NCBI GenBank assembly: GCA_050734155.1
Contig: JBOHUD010000100.1
Span: 16,835-80,834 of the forward strand
DNA: 64,000 bases
Reading direction: 5' to 3'
From: Candidatus Dormibacteria bacterium
Lineage (GTDB): Bacteria; Chloroflexota; Dormibacteria; Aeolococcales; Aeolococcaceae
Notes under the pieces: generated by a model
Told to the model about the DNA's origin: nothing
The model's input: the letters and a program-made list of their open reading frames with translations, nothing else
Databases searched by the model: none
In this document: piece by piece, positions 41,318 to 51,250 of the stretch
Layout: the number at the start of each line of letters is the position of its first letter
Numbering within the stretch: position 1 is the stretch's first letter
Translations under genes and position numbers: made by a program

Positions 41318-42034
41318 ATGGAGAGGCAGATGCACGCCGTCAACAGCGCGGGGTTTGCCTCGCCGGCCGGGCTGACCGCGCTGCCCGTGGTGCTGGCCCC
41401 GGTCGCCGGCCGGCTGCACGTCCTGCTGGTGCGGCGCGAGGAGCAGCCGCAGGGCGGCATGTGGTCGCTGCCCGGCGGCTTCATGAGCGGCGCCGAGCAT
41501 CCCGAGGAGACGGCGCAGCGCAAGCTCACCGAGAAGACCGGCGTCGGCGCCGTGTACATGGAGCAGCTGCAGACCTACGGCGACCCCACCCGCGACCCGC
41601 GCGGATGGATCCCGTCGGTCGCGTACCTCGGTCTCATCGACGCCGCCGTGCTGCGCGAGGAGGAGTCGGCGGCGCGCTGGGTGCCGGTCGACGCCCTGCC
41701 CGCCCTGGCGTTCGACCACGCCGCCGTGATCGCCGACGCCGTCGATCGGCTGCGCGGCAAGGTGTGGTGGTCGAACATCGCTGTCGGCCTGCTTCCCGAG
41801 CGCTTCACCATGCCCCAGGCGCGCCGGGTGTTCGAGGCCATCAGCGGGGTCACCTACGAGCCCTCCAACTTCCGGCGCGGGCTCGAGCAGTCCGGGCTGG
41901 TCCGCGCCACCGGGCGGGTCGTCAAGAACGGGCCGGGACGCCCCGCTGCGCTCTACGAGTTCGTTGACCGGCAACCGGCGTGGAGCACGCGGCGGTCGAG
42001 GGTCCCGGCCACGGTGCGCACCGCTGCGCGCTGA
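41318..42034 (+). CDS. Nudix hydrolase fused to a C-terminal winged-helix domain (NrtR-like)
   Basis: Nudix box GGMWSLPGGFMSGAEHPEETAQRKLTEKTGV, followed by about 90 aa (...FDHAAVIADAVDRLRGKVWWSNIAVGLLPERFTMPQARRVFEAISG...FRR) resembling the NrtR DNA-binding domain. Confidence 0.78.
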   Translation: MERQMHAVNSAGFASPAGLTALPVVLAPVAGRLHVLLVRREEQPQGGMWSLPGGFMSGAEHPEETAQRKLTEKTGVGAVYMEQLQTYGDPTRDPRGWIPSVAYLGLIDAAVLREEESAARWVPVDALPALAFDHAAVIADAVDRLRGKVWWSNIAVGLLPERFTMPQARRVFEAISGVTYEPSNFRRGLEQSGLVRATGRVVKNGPGRPAALYEFVDRQPAWSTRRSRVPATVRTAAR

Positions 42035-43066
42035 TCATGTGTTGGGGCGTTCGACCAGGGTGGCGTTGAGGGTGATCGTCCTGCCCGCGCGCCGCACCGT
42101 GCAGACGATGGTGTCGCCCACCTTGTGGGGCTGGATGAGCCCTCCCAGGGTGACCCCGTTGTCGATGGCCACGCCGTCGATGGCGACCAGGATGTCGCCG
42201 GCCGCGAGCCCGGCCTGGGCCGCCGGGGTCCCGGCGCGCACCGACTTGACGTAGACGCCGGGGCCGTCGAAGGCGGTGCCGTTCTCGATCGCGCTGATGC
42301 TGGTCAGGTAGTCGACGCCGAGGAAGGGGTGCTCCACCTTCCTGTGGCCGATCAGGCTCTCGGCGACGTAGCGGGCCAGGTCGGCGGGGATGCTGTAGCC
42401 GATGTTGGTGGCGTTGCCGGCGGTGGCCACGTTGACGCCGACCACAGTCCCGGCGGTGTCGGCCAGCGGGCCGCCGCTGTTGCCGGGGTTGATCGAGGCG
42501 TCGGTCTGGAGCACATCCTCCAGCGTCTCCGACGACGACCCGGCCTCGCCGCTCGCCTGGATGGTGCGGTGCAGCGCGCTGATCACCCCGACTGTGACCG
42601 AGCCCTGGTCGCCGAGCGGCGAGCCGATGGCGATGACCGCTTCCCCGACCGTGAGCTTCGACGATGTCCCGAACGTGGCCTGGGGCAGCGAGGTGGAGGG
42701 CACGCTGACCACGGCGATGTCGTCGAGCGGGTCGGTCCCCACCAACTTGGCCGCGAACTGATGTCCGTCGGGCATGACCACGTGCAGCGCGCTCGAGCCG
42801 GCGACGACGTGGTTGTTGGTGACCAGGTAGCTGAGCGACGCGTCCCTGGCGATCACGAAGCCGCTGCCCAGCGACGAGGAGCTCTTCAGCGTGGCGATGA
42901 TGGTCCCCACCGCCGGCCCCAGCCGGTTGGCCACGTCGACGGCGGCGGTGGTGGGAGCCTTGGCGGGGCTGGCGTTGACATGCACCTCGGCGACGCCCGG
43001 CCCGGTCTGCGGGCGGGCCGCGGCGAAGACCACCAGCCCGCCGACCACCAGTCCCACCACCAGCAT
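42035..43066 (-). CDS. htrA: HtrA/DegP-family trypsin-like serine protease with one PDZ domain, N-terminal TM anchor
   Basis: TNNHVV (His), D..AVV (Asp), INPGNSGGPL (Ser) and a C-terminal PDZ (...GVYVKSVRAGTPAAQAGLAAGDILVAIDGVAI). Confidence 0.87.
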   Translation of the reverse strand: MLVVGLVVGGLVVFAAARPQTGPGVAEVHVNASPAKAPTTAAVDVANRLGPAVGTIIATLKSSSSLGSGFVIARDASLSYLVTNNHVVAGSSALHVVMPDGHQFAAKLVGTDPLDDIAVVSVPSTSLPQATFGTSSKLTVGEAVIAIGSPLGDQGSVTVGVISALHRTIQASGEAGSSSETLEDVLQTDASINPGNSGGPLADTAGTVVGVNVATAGNATNIGYSIPADLARYVAESLIGHRKVEHPFLGVDYLTSISAIENGTAFDGPGVYVKSVRAGTPAAQAGLAAGDILVAIDGVAIDNGVTLGGLIQPHKVGDTIVCTVRRAGRTITLNATLVERPNT

Positions 43067-43275
43067 CGCCAGGCCGCCCCGCCAGCCCGGCCCGGGGCGA
43101 CGCCGGCCTGTCTGCGGTGGCGCAGCGGGCGCCGCCGGCCGGTCGTGGAGCGCAGGTTGGTGGGGGCGCCAGCCCGGCGGAGTTGGCGGCGGGGGCGGGA
43201 AGGTTCCCTCAAGCTGGTCGATGGCACCTATTGTGGCCCGCGAATGCTGCGGAGCGACCTCTCGGCCGGCGCGTG

Positions 43276-44331
43276 GTGAGCCGGCTCACCTGCGCGCTGG
43301 GGCCGGATGCCGCGGGCACTCTGCTGCATCGCTTCATGGAATCGGCCGAGACCCGGCTCGACGTCGCCGTCTACGAGGCCGGACCCAGCTACGGCTGGCT
43401 CTTCCCACGCGCCGTCGAGCGCGGCGTGCGCGTCCGGCTGCTCCTCGACGGCCACGGCGGCGCCAACCAGGGCTGCTTCGAGGAGCTCCGCTCCGCCCGC
43501 CGCCGGGGCGTGGTGGTGCCCTGCCGGGTGCGCCGCCGCCACGGCCTCCGCGAGGCCCACTGGAAGCTGATCGTCGCCGACGGCGACCGTCTGGCCGTGG
43601 GCACCGGCAACCTCATCGCCCGTGACGCTCCCGCCGACAGGCACGGCCGGTTGCCCCCGGACGCGCCGCCGCTGGCGGGCACGCGGGAATGGTGGGCGTT
43701 CGTGGACGGCGCCCCCACGCTGGCGGCGGCGGCGCGGGCGCGGATCACCGCGGTGTGGCGGGAGGCGGCGCCCCCGCCGCCGGTGTGGGCGGTCGAGCGC
43801 GTCCTGGAAGCCCCCCCGGTGGGCTCTCCCAAGCCCGCTGTCCCGCCCCTCCAGGTGGAGGTGTCGCCGCGCCGCCTCCAGCTGGCCGGCGACGCGCGCG
43901 AGGTCCTCACCGTCATCGAGGCGATGCTCGAGGGCCCCACCCGGCGCTGCCTGGTCACCGTCCCCTACATCCACACCTGGGCGCACGAGGTCCGCCCCCT
44001 CCTGGAGCGGCTCGCCGAGCTCCGCCACGGCGGCGCCGACGTGCGCGTGCTGCTGGGCGCGATCCCGGCCGGCGGCGACGTGGCCACCCTCCGCGACCGC
44101 GGGGTGCCGGCCCGGGTCATGGACCCGTTGCGCTGCACCACCGGCCACGCCAAGGGCCTGGTGGTCGACCGCAGCGTCCTGGTGATGTCGTCGAACTGGA
44201 GCGCCGGAGGGCTGGGGGCGTCGCTGGAGGCCGGCCTGCGCATCGACCATGCCGCCGCCACCGCCTACTTCGCCGACGCGTTCGAGCGAGATTGGACGGT
44301 CGCCGAGCCCGCCTGGAACGGCCGCGGTTGA
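43276..44331 (+). CDS. two-domain phospholipase-D-superfamily (HKD) protein, no TM segments
   Basis: HKD motif 1 is AHWKLIVADGDRLAVGTGNL and HKD motif 2 is GHAKGLVVDRSVLVMSSNWS. Start is the GTG at 43276 (VSRLTCALGPD...). Confidence 0.75.
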   Translation: MSRLTCALGPDAAGTLLHRFMESAETRLDVAVYEAGPSYGWLFPRAVERGVRVRLLLDGHGGANQGCFEELRSARRRGVVVPCRVRRRHGLREAHWKLIVADGDRLAVGTGNLIARDAPADRHGRLPPDAPPLAGTREWWAFVDGAPTLAAAARARITAVWREAAPPPPVWAVERVLEAPPVGSPKPAVPPLQVEVSPRRLQLAGDAREVLTVIEAMLEGPTRRCLVTVPYIHTWAHEVRPLLERLAELRHGGADVRVLLGAIPAGGDVATLRDRGVPARVMDPLRCTTGHAKGLVVDRSVLVMSSNWSAGGLGASLEAGLRIDHAAATAYFADAFERDWTVAEPAWNGRG

Positions 44332-44359
44332 AGCAGGGGAGCCGGGGTATCCTCGCCCC

Positions 44360-46921
44360 ATGACCGAGCTCCCCGCCGCCCCGCCGGACCAGTCCAACTC
44401 GGGCTCGGCCCGTCTCCCGGTGGTGCCGCTGCGCGACAACGTCGTCTTCCCCCACCAGCTGGCGCCGCTCGCCGCCGGGCGTCCCCGTTCGGTGGCCGGA
44501 CTGCAGGCGGCGGCCAACGCCGACGGACGCGTCATCCTCGCCGTCCAGCGCGACGCCGAGCCGGACGACGTGGGCTTCCAAGATCTCCATGAGATCGCCG
44601 TGGTGGCCACCGTCGGCGCCCTGCGGCTGCTCCCCGGGGCCGGGGCGCACGCGCTGGTGGAGGGCCAGCAGCGAGTCCGCCTGCTCTCGTTCGAGAGCGA
44701 CGGCGAGCACTGGTCGGCAGGGTTCGCCCCCATCGACGAGGGCGACGTCAGCGGCACCGAGGCCGATGCCCTGGCGGGCAGTGTCCGCCAGCTCTTCACC
44801 GAGTACGTCACCGCCGGCGGCCAGGTGCCCCCCGAGGTGGCGGCCGCCATGGCCCGGGCGAGTGGCCCCGGCCGGGTCGCCGACATCGCCTCGGCGGCGC
44901 CCGACCTCACCGTTGCAGAGCGCGTCGAGCTGCTCCAGGCGCTCGACGTCGTGGCCCGGCTGCGCCGGCTGGCGCCCCTGCTCGGCCGCCAGGTCGAGGT
45001 GGCCTCGATGCGCACCCGCATCCACGAGGACGTGCAGCGCACCATCAACAAGTCGCAGCGGGAGCACATCCTCCGCGAGCAGCTGAGGGCGGTGCGCAAG
45101 GAGCTCGCCGAGCTGGAGGGCGACGGCGAGGAGGGTGAGGACCTGGTCTCGCGCATCGAGGCGCTGGGGATGCCTCCCCCGGTCCGGGCGCGGGCGCTCA
45201 AGGAGGTGTCTCGTCTCGAGCAGATCCCGGGCGCCTCGCCCGAGATGGGCATGGTGCGCACCTGGATCGACTGGCTCATCGAGCTTCCCTGGGGTGAGCG
45301 TCCCGTGGAGCAGATCGACATCGACCGCGCCGCCGCCATCCTCGACGAGGACCACTACGGCCTCGACAAGGTGAAGGACCGCATCCTGGAGTGGATGGCG
45401 GTGCGCGATCGTGCCCAGCGCCGCGCTGCTGCGCTCGCCGCGACGGCAGCGCCGGCCCAGGAGGCCGAGACGCCCGATGAGCCGGCGGGGCCGCCGGTGG
45501 TGGGGGACGTGACCGACCCCATGGTCGACGCCACCACCCGCCCGCGGCGCGGCCTGCAGACACCCATCCTCTGCCTGGTGGGTCCGCCCGGGGTGGGCAA
45601 GACGTCGCTGGGGCGGAGCATCGCGCGGGCCATGGGACGCCGCTTCGTGCGCCTCTCGCTCGGCGGCATCCGCGACGAGGCGGAGATTCGCGGTCACCGC
45701 CGCACCTACATCGGCGCGCTTCCCGGCCGCATCATCCAGTCGATGAAGCAGGCGGGCACCGTCAATCCCGTCATCATGCTCGATGAAATTGACAAGGTTG
45801 GCACGGACTTCCGGGGTGACCCGTCGGCCGCTCTCCTCGAGGTGCTCGATCCCGAGCAGAACCGCGAGTTCAGCGACCACTACCTGGAGGTCGCCTACGA
45901 CCTCAGCAATGTGCTCTTCATCACCACCGCCAACATGGTCGACACCATCAGCCCGGCACTTCGTGATCGCATGGAGCTGATCCGCATCAGCGGCTACACC
46001 GAGGCCGAGAAGCTGGGAATCGCCGAGAACCACCTGCTCCCCCGCCAGCTCGAGCAGCACGGCCTGGAGCACGGCGAGCTGCTCATCTCCCACGACACCC
46101 TGGTGGCCATCCTGCACGGCTACACCCGCGAGGCCGGGGTGCGCCAGCTGGATCGCACCATCGCCGAGATCGCCCGCAAGGTGCCGCGGCGGCTGGCCGG
46201 GGGCGCCGAGTCGGTGGTGGTTGAGCCCGCCCAGCTCAGCGAGTTCCTGGGGCCGCAGCGCTTCGATTACGGCGAGGCCCAGGATGACGACGAGGTCGGA
46301 GCGGTCACCGGCGTGGTGGTCAGCGAGGTGGGTGGCGACATCGTCACCGTCGAGGCCCTGGCCGTGGAGGCCAAGCCGGACCTCTCCCTGACGGGCCAGC
46401 TCGGCAGCGTCATGGAGGAGTCCGCACGGGCCGCGCTGACCTGGGCGCGCGTGCACGCCGTCGAGTACGGCGCGCCCGGCAACTTCTTCGAGACCCACGC
46501 GCTCCACGTGCACGTCCCGGCCGGTGCCATCCCCAAGGACGGTCCCTCCGCCGGGGTGACCATGGTCACCGCCATGGTCAGCCTGGCGTCGGGGCGCAGG
46601 GTGCGCCGCGACGTCGCCATGACCGGAGAGGTGACCCTGCGCGGCCGTGTGCTTCCCATCGGCGGGGTCAAGGACAAGCTGCTCGCGGCGCACCGCTCCG
46701 GGCTGACCACCTTCATCCTGCCCCGCAAGAACCTGCGCGACCTCGACGAGATCCCCAGCGAGGTCCTCGACGCGGTGGAGATCGTCCCCGTCGACAGCGT
46801 CGGAGAGGTGCTGCAGCGCGCCCTGGTCGACGCGCCTGCGCAGCCGCGCGAACGGCGCAGCGCGGGCTTCCTGCTGCCCCTGCGCACCGACGAGGGACCC
46901 CATCCCACCATCACCGCCTGA
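44360..46921 (+). CDS. lon: ATP-dependent Lon protease (LonA type)
   Basis: LON N-domain ([15 protein letters not shown]), Walker [16 protein letters not shown], Walker B IMLDEIDK and the protease domain [13 protein letters not shown]...[18 protein letters not shown] (Ser-Lys dyad). Confidence 0.93.
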   Translation: MTELPAAPPDQSNSGSARLPVVPLRDNVVFPHQLAPLAAGRPRSVAGLQAAANADGRVILAVQRDAEPDDVGFQDLHEIAVVATVGALRLLPGAGAHALVEGQQRVRLLSFESDGEHWSAGFAPIDEGDVSGTEADALAGSVRQLFTEYVTAGGQVPPEVAAAMARASGPGRVADIASAAPDLTVAERVELLQALDVVARLRRLAPLLGRQVEVASMRTRIHEDVQRTINKSQREHILREQLRAVRKELAELEGDGEEGEDLVSRIEALGMPPPVRARALKEVSRLEQIPGASPEMGMVRTWIDWLIELPWGERPVEQIDIDRAAAILDEDHYGLDKVKDRILEWMAVRDRAQRRAAALAATAAPAQEAETPDEPAGPPVVGDVTDPMVDATTRPRRGLQTPILCLVGPPGVGKTSLGRSIARAMGRRFVRLSLGGIRDEAEIRGHRRTYIGALPGRIIQSMKQAGTVNPVIMLDEIDKVGTDFRGDPSAALLEVLDPEQNREFSDHYLEVAYDLSNVLFITTANMVDTISPALRDRMELIRISGYTEAEKLGIAENHLLPRQLEQHGLEHGELLISHDTLVAILHGYTREAGVRQLDRTIAEIARKVPRRLAGGAESVVVEPAQLSEFLGPQRFDYGEAQDDDEVGAVTGVVVSEVGGDIVTVEALAVEAKPDLSLTGQLGSVMEESARAALTWARVHAVEYGAPGNFFETHALHVHVPAGAIPKDGPSAGVTMVTAMVSLASGRRVRRDVAMTGEVTLRGRVLPIGGVKDKLLAAHRSGLTTFILPRKNLRDLDEIPSEVLDAVEIVPVDSVGEVLQRALVDAPAQPRERRSAGFLLPLRTDEGPHPTITA

Positions 46922-46923
46922 GC

Positions 46924-47574
46924 GTGGACACGCTCCGCGACCTGGTCGAGCTGACCGTCGTCGTCGACGCGGTGTACGACCAGAACTGCTACCTGCTGCA
47001 CCGTCGCGACAGCGACTCCGCCATCGTCATCGACCCCGGGCTGCAGAGCGCCCAGGCTCTGCAGCTGCTCGAGCAGCGGGGCTGGCGCTGCGAGCGCATC
47101 CTGCTCACCCACGGACACGGCGACCACGTCAACGGGGTGCCCGCGCTGGTGGCCGCGCACGGGTGCCGGGTGGCCCTCCATCCCGGCGACCGCGAACAGC
47201 TGGTCACCATGCGCTTCCTCCCCGGCATCCCCGAGGACATCGCCGACGTGGTGGTCGACGACGACCTCAGCGATGGCCAGGTCATCGGCTGGCACGGCGT
47301 CGACATCGGGGTGATCCACACGCCCGGTCACACCCGGGGCTCGGTGTGCTTCCTGGCGGGGACCGACCTGCTCAGCGGCGACACGCTCTTCCGCCGGGGT
47401 GTGGGACGGGCCGACCTCCCCGGTGGCGACTGGCAGCAACTGCTGGTCAGCATCGAGCAGCGTGTCTATGCGCTGGCGCCCGACACCGTGGTGCATCCCG
47501 GTCACGGCCTGCGCACCACCATCGCCGAGGAGATGGTGTCCAACCCCTTCGTCGCGCACCCCCGCTACCGCTGA
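46924..47574 (+). CDS. MBL-fold hydrolase, glyoxalase II (GloB)-like
   Basis: ILLTHGHGDHVNG (HxHxDH), IHTPGHTRGS, SGDTLF and HPGHG, at the length typical of hydroxyacylglutathione hydrolase-like enzymes. Confidence 0.8.
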   Translation: MDTLRDLVELTVVVDAVYDQNCYLLHRRDSDSAIVIDPGLQSAQALQLLEQRGWRCERILLTHGHGDHVNGVPALVAAHGCRVALHPGDREQLVTMRFLPGIPEDIADVVVDDDLSDGQVIGWHGVDIGVIHTPGHTRGSVCFLAGTDLLSGDTLFRRGVGRADLPGGDWQQLLVSIEQRVYALAPDTVVHPGHGLRTTIAEEMVSNPFVAHPRYR

Positions 47575-47576
47575 CG

Positions 47577-48158
47577 TCAGCGTCGGGCCTCGTTCCGCGC
47601 GATCCGGGTGATCAGCTCGTGGAGGATCGCCGCGGTCACGCCCCAGATGACGTTCCCCTCCGCCTCGTAGTAGTGCACCTCCCGGGCGTCCCCCTCGCCG
47701 CCGAAGGTGCGGGTGGTGTGGGGCGCCTCCATCAGGGTGTGCAGGTCGACACGGAACAGCCGGGCCACCTCGAAGGGCTCCGGCCGCAGCTCGAAGTCGG
47801 AGGTCTGAAGAGCCAGCACCGGGGTGAGCCAGTTGTCGGATGTTGCCGTCAGGAATGGCGGCAACAGGCCGAGCACCTCCACCGCGGTGGCGGGCACGCC
47901 GGCCTCCTCACCGGCCTCGCGCAGAGCGGTGGCGACGATGGTGGCGTCGCCGGCCTCGCTGCCCCCACCCGGGAAACCGATCTGCCCGGCATGATGGCGG
48001 AGATGAGCGGTGCGCTCCAGGAAGAGCAGCGGCAAGCGCGCCTGGCTGCCGTCGAAGAGGAGCAGGACCGCGGCGCTGCGGCTCTGCGGGGGAGCCGCCA
48101 GGTGCGTGGTGTCGAGCGGGTCGACGACGCTGCGCAGGCGCTGCGCGAGGCTGCCCAT
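47577..48158 (-). CDS. Nudix hydrolase, CoA pyrophosphatase (NudL)-like
   Basis: HAGQIGFPGGGSEAGDATIVATALREAGEEAGV (Nudix box preceded by the CoA-pyrophosphatase-type motif LLFLERT..LR.H.GQ..FPGG). Start trimmed to the ATG at 48158 to avoid overlap with the upstream esterase gene. Confidence 0.75.
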   Translation of the reverse strand: MGSLAQRLRSVVDPLDTTHLAAPPQSRSAAVLLLFDGSQARLPLLFLERTAHLRHHAGQIGFPGGGSEAGDATIVATALREAGEEAGVPATAVEVLGLLPPFLTATSDNWLTPVLALQTSDFELRPEPFEVARLFRVDLHTLMEAPHTTRTFGGEGDAREVHYYEAEGNVIWGVTAAILHELITRIARNEARR

Positions 48159-48193
48159 CGCGACACTGTAGCGGCGCGGCGGCGCCCAGCCGT

Positions 48194-49003
48194 TCAGGCC
48201 GAGGCGGTGCTCCTCGCCGCTCCCGCGGTGCGCGAGTGACTGTCGAACCACTCCAGGACGCAGGCGTTGACCTGCTCGCGGTCGACGTCGACGCTCATCC
48301 CGTGGCCGCTGCGCGGGAACGACCGGTGGCGCACCGCCCGGCTGCAGACCAGCCGCCGGGCGATCTCCGCGGCGTTGGCGGGGTCGATGGTGCGGTCACG
48401 CCCACCATGGAGGACGAGCACGGGTGCGCGGATCGCCGGCAGCTGGTCGCGCACCTCGGCGAGGAGGCGGACGAACTCCTGGATGGAGCGCATCGGGCGC
48501 AGGCCGTGGGAGTGGAGCTCATCGATGGCGTCGAGGTCGTAGAGGTCGATGTCGTCACCGGGCCGCTGCCAGCGCATCACCCGGCGCGCCAGCGGCACCG
48601 CCCAGGTCGCCAGCCGGGACAGCCAGATGGGGGTGGCCAGCGTGGCCACCGCGGCGATGCGCAGGTCGGTGGCGGCGAGGTGGAGCGCGATGGTGCCGCC
48701 CATCGACTGCCCGGCGAGCATCACCTCGTCGCACTCGCCGGCCAGGGAATCGAGCTCGGCCTGCGCGGAGGCGGTCCAGTCGCGTCGCGTGGTCGCCTCC
48801 AGCGCCTCAGGGGTGCTGGCGTGGCCGGCCAGAGCCGGCCCGCGGCAGCGATACCCGTGGGCGGCGAGGTGCTCGCCGAGGCGGCGCAGCTCGGGCGGCG
48901 TCCCTGCGAAGCCGTGGAGCAGGAGGACGCCGCGCCGCCCCTCACCAAGCGTCCAGTCCCGCACCGCCGCGGGATCGAACGGCGTCAGCGTGCGCGCGGT
49001 CAT
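48194..49003 (-). CDS. alpha/beta hydrolase (carboxylesterase/monoacylglycerol-lipase-like)
   Basis: MTARTLTPF...GVLLLHGFAGTP...VMLAGQSMGG (GxSxG)...VLVLHGGRDRTI...SGHGM (His). Start is the ATG at 49003; the rest of track ORF 48194..50275 is discarded. Confidence 0.82.
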   Translation of the reverse strand: MTARTLTPFDPAAVRDWTLGEGRRGVLLLHGFAGTPPELRRLGEHLAAHGYRCRGPALAGHASTPEALEATTRRDWTASAQAELDSLAGECDEVMLAGQSMGGTIALHLAATDLRIAAVATLATPIWLSRLATWAVPLARRVMRWQRPGDDIDLYDLDAIDELHSHGLRPMRSIQEFVRLLAEVRDQLPAIRAPVLVLHGGRDRTIDPANAAEIARRLVCSRAVRHRSFPRSGHGMSVDVDREQVNACVLEWFDSHSRTAGAARSTASA

Positions 49004-49051
49004 GGGCGGCCGAGTATATGCGCGGCCCCTGGATGCTACCGTCGCCGCCAC

Positions 49052-50077
49052 GTGACCGATGAGCTGATGCGCCATGCGCTGGAGAGGATCGTCGGCGGCG
49101 ACTCGCTGGATGTCGCAGCCGCGCGCGCCGTCATGGACCTGATCATGGATGGCAGCGCCACCGACGCCCAGATCGGCGGCCTCCTCGCCGCTCTGCGCCT
49201 GCGTGGCGAGACCGTCGACGAGCTGACCGGCATGGTGATGTCGATGCGTGACCACGCCACCCCGGTGCTGCTCGAACCCGGGGCTGTGGACACCTGCGGC
49301 ACCGGGGGCGACGCCAGCAACACCTTCAACATCTCCACCGCCGCGGCCCTGGTGGCGGCCGCCGCCGGCTGCCGCGTCGCCAAGCACGGCAACCGCGCGG
49401 CCTCGTCGCGCTGCGGCAGCGCCGACGTGCTCGAGCAGCTGGGGGTGCGGGTGGCGCTCGACGCGGCCGGGGTGCGCCGCTGCGTCGACGAGGTGGGCAT
49501 GGGGTTCATCTTCGCTCCCTCCTTCCACCCCGCCATGCGCCACGCCGCCGCCGCCCGCGGACAGCTGGGCTTCCGCACCGTGTTCAACGTGCTCGGCCCG
49601 CTGGCCAGCCCGGCGCGGGTGCGCCACCAGGCACTGGGCGTGGCCGGCACCGTCTCCGTGGCGGTCATGGCCGCGGTCCTGCAGCAGCTCGGCCACCGCC
49701 ATGCGCTGGTGTTCACCGGTCCCGGTGGGATGGACGAGCTCGGACTCGACTCGGTCACCTGCGGCTACGAGGTCACCGAGAGCGGCGTTGGCGAGATCGA
49801 GATCGACCCCCAGGCGCTGGGCCTCCGCGCCGCGCCCCGCCAGGCGCTGGCCGGTGGCGACCCGGTCCTCAACGCCGCCGCCCTCCTCGCTGTTCTCGAC
49901 GGCACCGCCGGTCCGCCCCGCGACGTGGTGCTCCTCAACGCCGCCGCCGCGATGGTCGCCGCCGATGTCGCCGCGGGCATGGCCGAGGGCATCGAGCGCG
50001 CCAGGGCGGCGATCGACTCCGGGGCTGCCCGGCGGACCCTGAGCGGGCTGGTCGCGGTCTCGCAGGCGGCCGCGTGA
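49052..50077 (+). CDS. trpD: anthranilate phosphoribosyltransferase
   Basis: AQIGGLLAALRLRGETVDEL...VDTCGTGGDASNTFNISTAAALVAAAAGCRVAKHGNRAASSRCGSADVLE... is the TrpD glycine-rich PRPP loop and KHGNR motif. GTG start at 49052. Confidence 0.9.
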   Translation: MTDELMRHALERIVGGDSLDVAAARAVMDLIMDGSATDAQIGGLLAALRLRGETVDELTGMVMSMRDHATPVLLEPGAVDTCGTGGDASNTFNISTAAALVAAAAGCRVAKHGNRAASSRCGSADVLEQLGVRVALDAAGVRRCVDEVGMGFIFAPSFHPAMRHAAAARGQLGFRTVFNVLGPLASPARVRHQALGVAGTVSVAVMAAVLQQLGHRHALVFTGPGGMDELGLDSVTCGYEVTESGVGEIEIDPQALGLRAAPRQALAGGDPVLNAAALLAVLDGTAGPPRDVVLLNAAAAMVAADVAAGMAEGIERARAAIDSGAARRTLSGLVAVSQAAA

Positions 50078-50117
50078 TCGCCCGGCGCACCAGCCCGGAT
50101 GGCGGGGAGGCGCCGCG

Positions 50118-50813
50118 GTGAGCCGCGGCGGTGATCTGCTCCGCCTCCAGGAGATCGACAGCCGCCTGGCCGGGGACTCCGCCCGCCTCGCCGCGGTGGA
50201 GGCGCAGATCGCCAGAGACCCGGAGCTGGAGCGACGCAGGCGCGAGGCTCGCCGGCTGGGCCGCGAGCAGGCCACCGCCGGCGCCCGCCTGGCCGCCGCG
50301 GAAGAGGCGGTGGAGGGGCTGCGCCGGCGCGCCCTGGAGCTGAACCGCCACCTCTACGACGGTTCGGTGCACAACCCCCAGGAGCTGCTCGGCATGCAGC
50401 ACGACCTGGAATCCCTGCGTGAGCGCATCGATGCCCAGGACGAGCCCCTGCTGGCTCTGATGGAACGCGCCGACCAGGCGGCGGTCGCGGATCGCGACGC
50501 CAACGCGGCCGTCGTCGACCGCGAGCGTGAACGCGCGGAGCGAGGCGGCGGGCTCCTCGAGCAGGCGGTGGCGTTTCGAGACGCGATCGAGCGTCATGCC
50601 CGCGACCGCAGCGAGCTGACCGCCGCGCTGGCCACCGCCGACGTGGCCCTCTACGACCGCCTGGCGCGACGGGTCGCTCCGGCGGTGGTGCGCATCCAGG
50701 GCGACAGCTGCGGGGGATGCCACCTCCCCTTCGCCAACTCCGAGGTTCGGCGCATTCGCGTTGCCGATGAGCCCGTGCAGTGCTCCGGCTGCGATCGCCT
50801 GGTGGTGCCATGA
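50118..50813 (+). CDS. coiled-coil C4 zinc-ribbon protein (COG1579/DUF164 family)
   Basis: LLRLQEIDSRLA..., a long Ala/Glu/Arg coiled coil, then CGGCHLPF...VQCSGCDRLVV at the C-terminus. Confidence 0.75.
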   Translation: MSRGGDLLRLQEIDSRLAGDSARLAAVEAQIARDPELERRRREARRLGREQATAGARLAAAEEAVEGLRRRALELNRHLYDGSVHNPQELLGMQHDLESLRERIDAQDEPLLALMERADQAAVADRDANAAVVDRERERAERGGGLLEQAVAFRDAIERHARDRSELTAALATADVALYDRLARRVAPAVVRIQGDSCGGCHLPFANSEVRRIRVADEPVQCSGCDRLVVP

Positions 50814-51250
50814 CCGAGACGGTGGTGGCCTACACGGATGGTGCCTGCTCGGGCAACCCCGGTCCCGGGGCGTGGGCCTACCGGCTCGAATGGCCGGACG
50901 GGTCGCTCGAGGAGGCGGCCGGCGCGGAGGCGATGACCACCAACAATCGCGAGGAGCTCAAGGCGGTGCGCGAGGCACTGCGCGCGGTGCGGGCGCGCAT
51001 CGGGGACGATCGCGGGTGGCGAATCGTGGTGCGCACCGACAGCCTAGGGGTAATCAACTGGCTGACCCGGACCTGGAAGCGCAGGGCCAACCTCGATCTC
51101 TACCCGGACATCGACCGCCAGGTCGATGACCGCGTCCAGTTCGAGCACGTGCGCGGCCACAGCGGTGTGCCCGGCAACGAGCGCGTCGACACCCTGGCGG
51201 TGGCGGCGGTGGCGCGACAGCTGGCGACCGGTCCCTCGCAGGCGGGCTAG
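50810..51250 (+). CDS. rnhA: ribonuclease HI
   Basis: AYTDGACSGNPGPGAW...TNNREELKAV...VRTDS...HVRGHSGVPGNERVDTLA is the DEDD catalytic pattern of RNase HI. ATGA overlap with the zinc-ribbon gene. Confidence 0.87.
   Translation: MTETVVAYTDGACSGNPGPGAWAYRLEWPDGSLEEAAGAEAMTTNNREELKAVREALRAVRARIGDDRGWRIVVRTDSLGVINWLTRTWKRRANLDLYPDIDRQVDDRVQFEHVRGHSGVPGNERVDTLAVAAVARQLATGPSQAG

Noticed and set aside
44117-46903. 928-aa ORF on the minus strand, the longest in the track apart from lhr, and its neighbour 43228..45339
   Set aside because: It is exactly antisense to lon and the PLD gene, which carry unmistakable motifs. The translation is Gly/Arg/His/Asp/Pro-rich with no motif. This is the typical high-GC shadow ORF.
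51247-51250. rnhA and korB share a palindromic CTAG, so that both stop codons (TAG) overlap
   Set aside because: It is real but trivial; convergent stop overlap is common in compact genomes.
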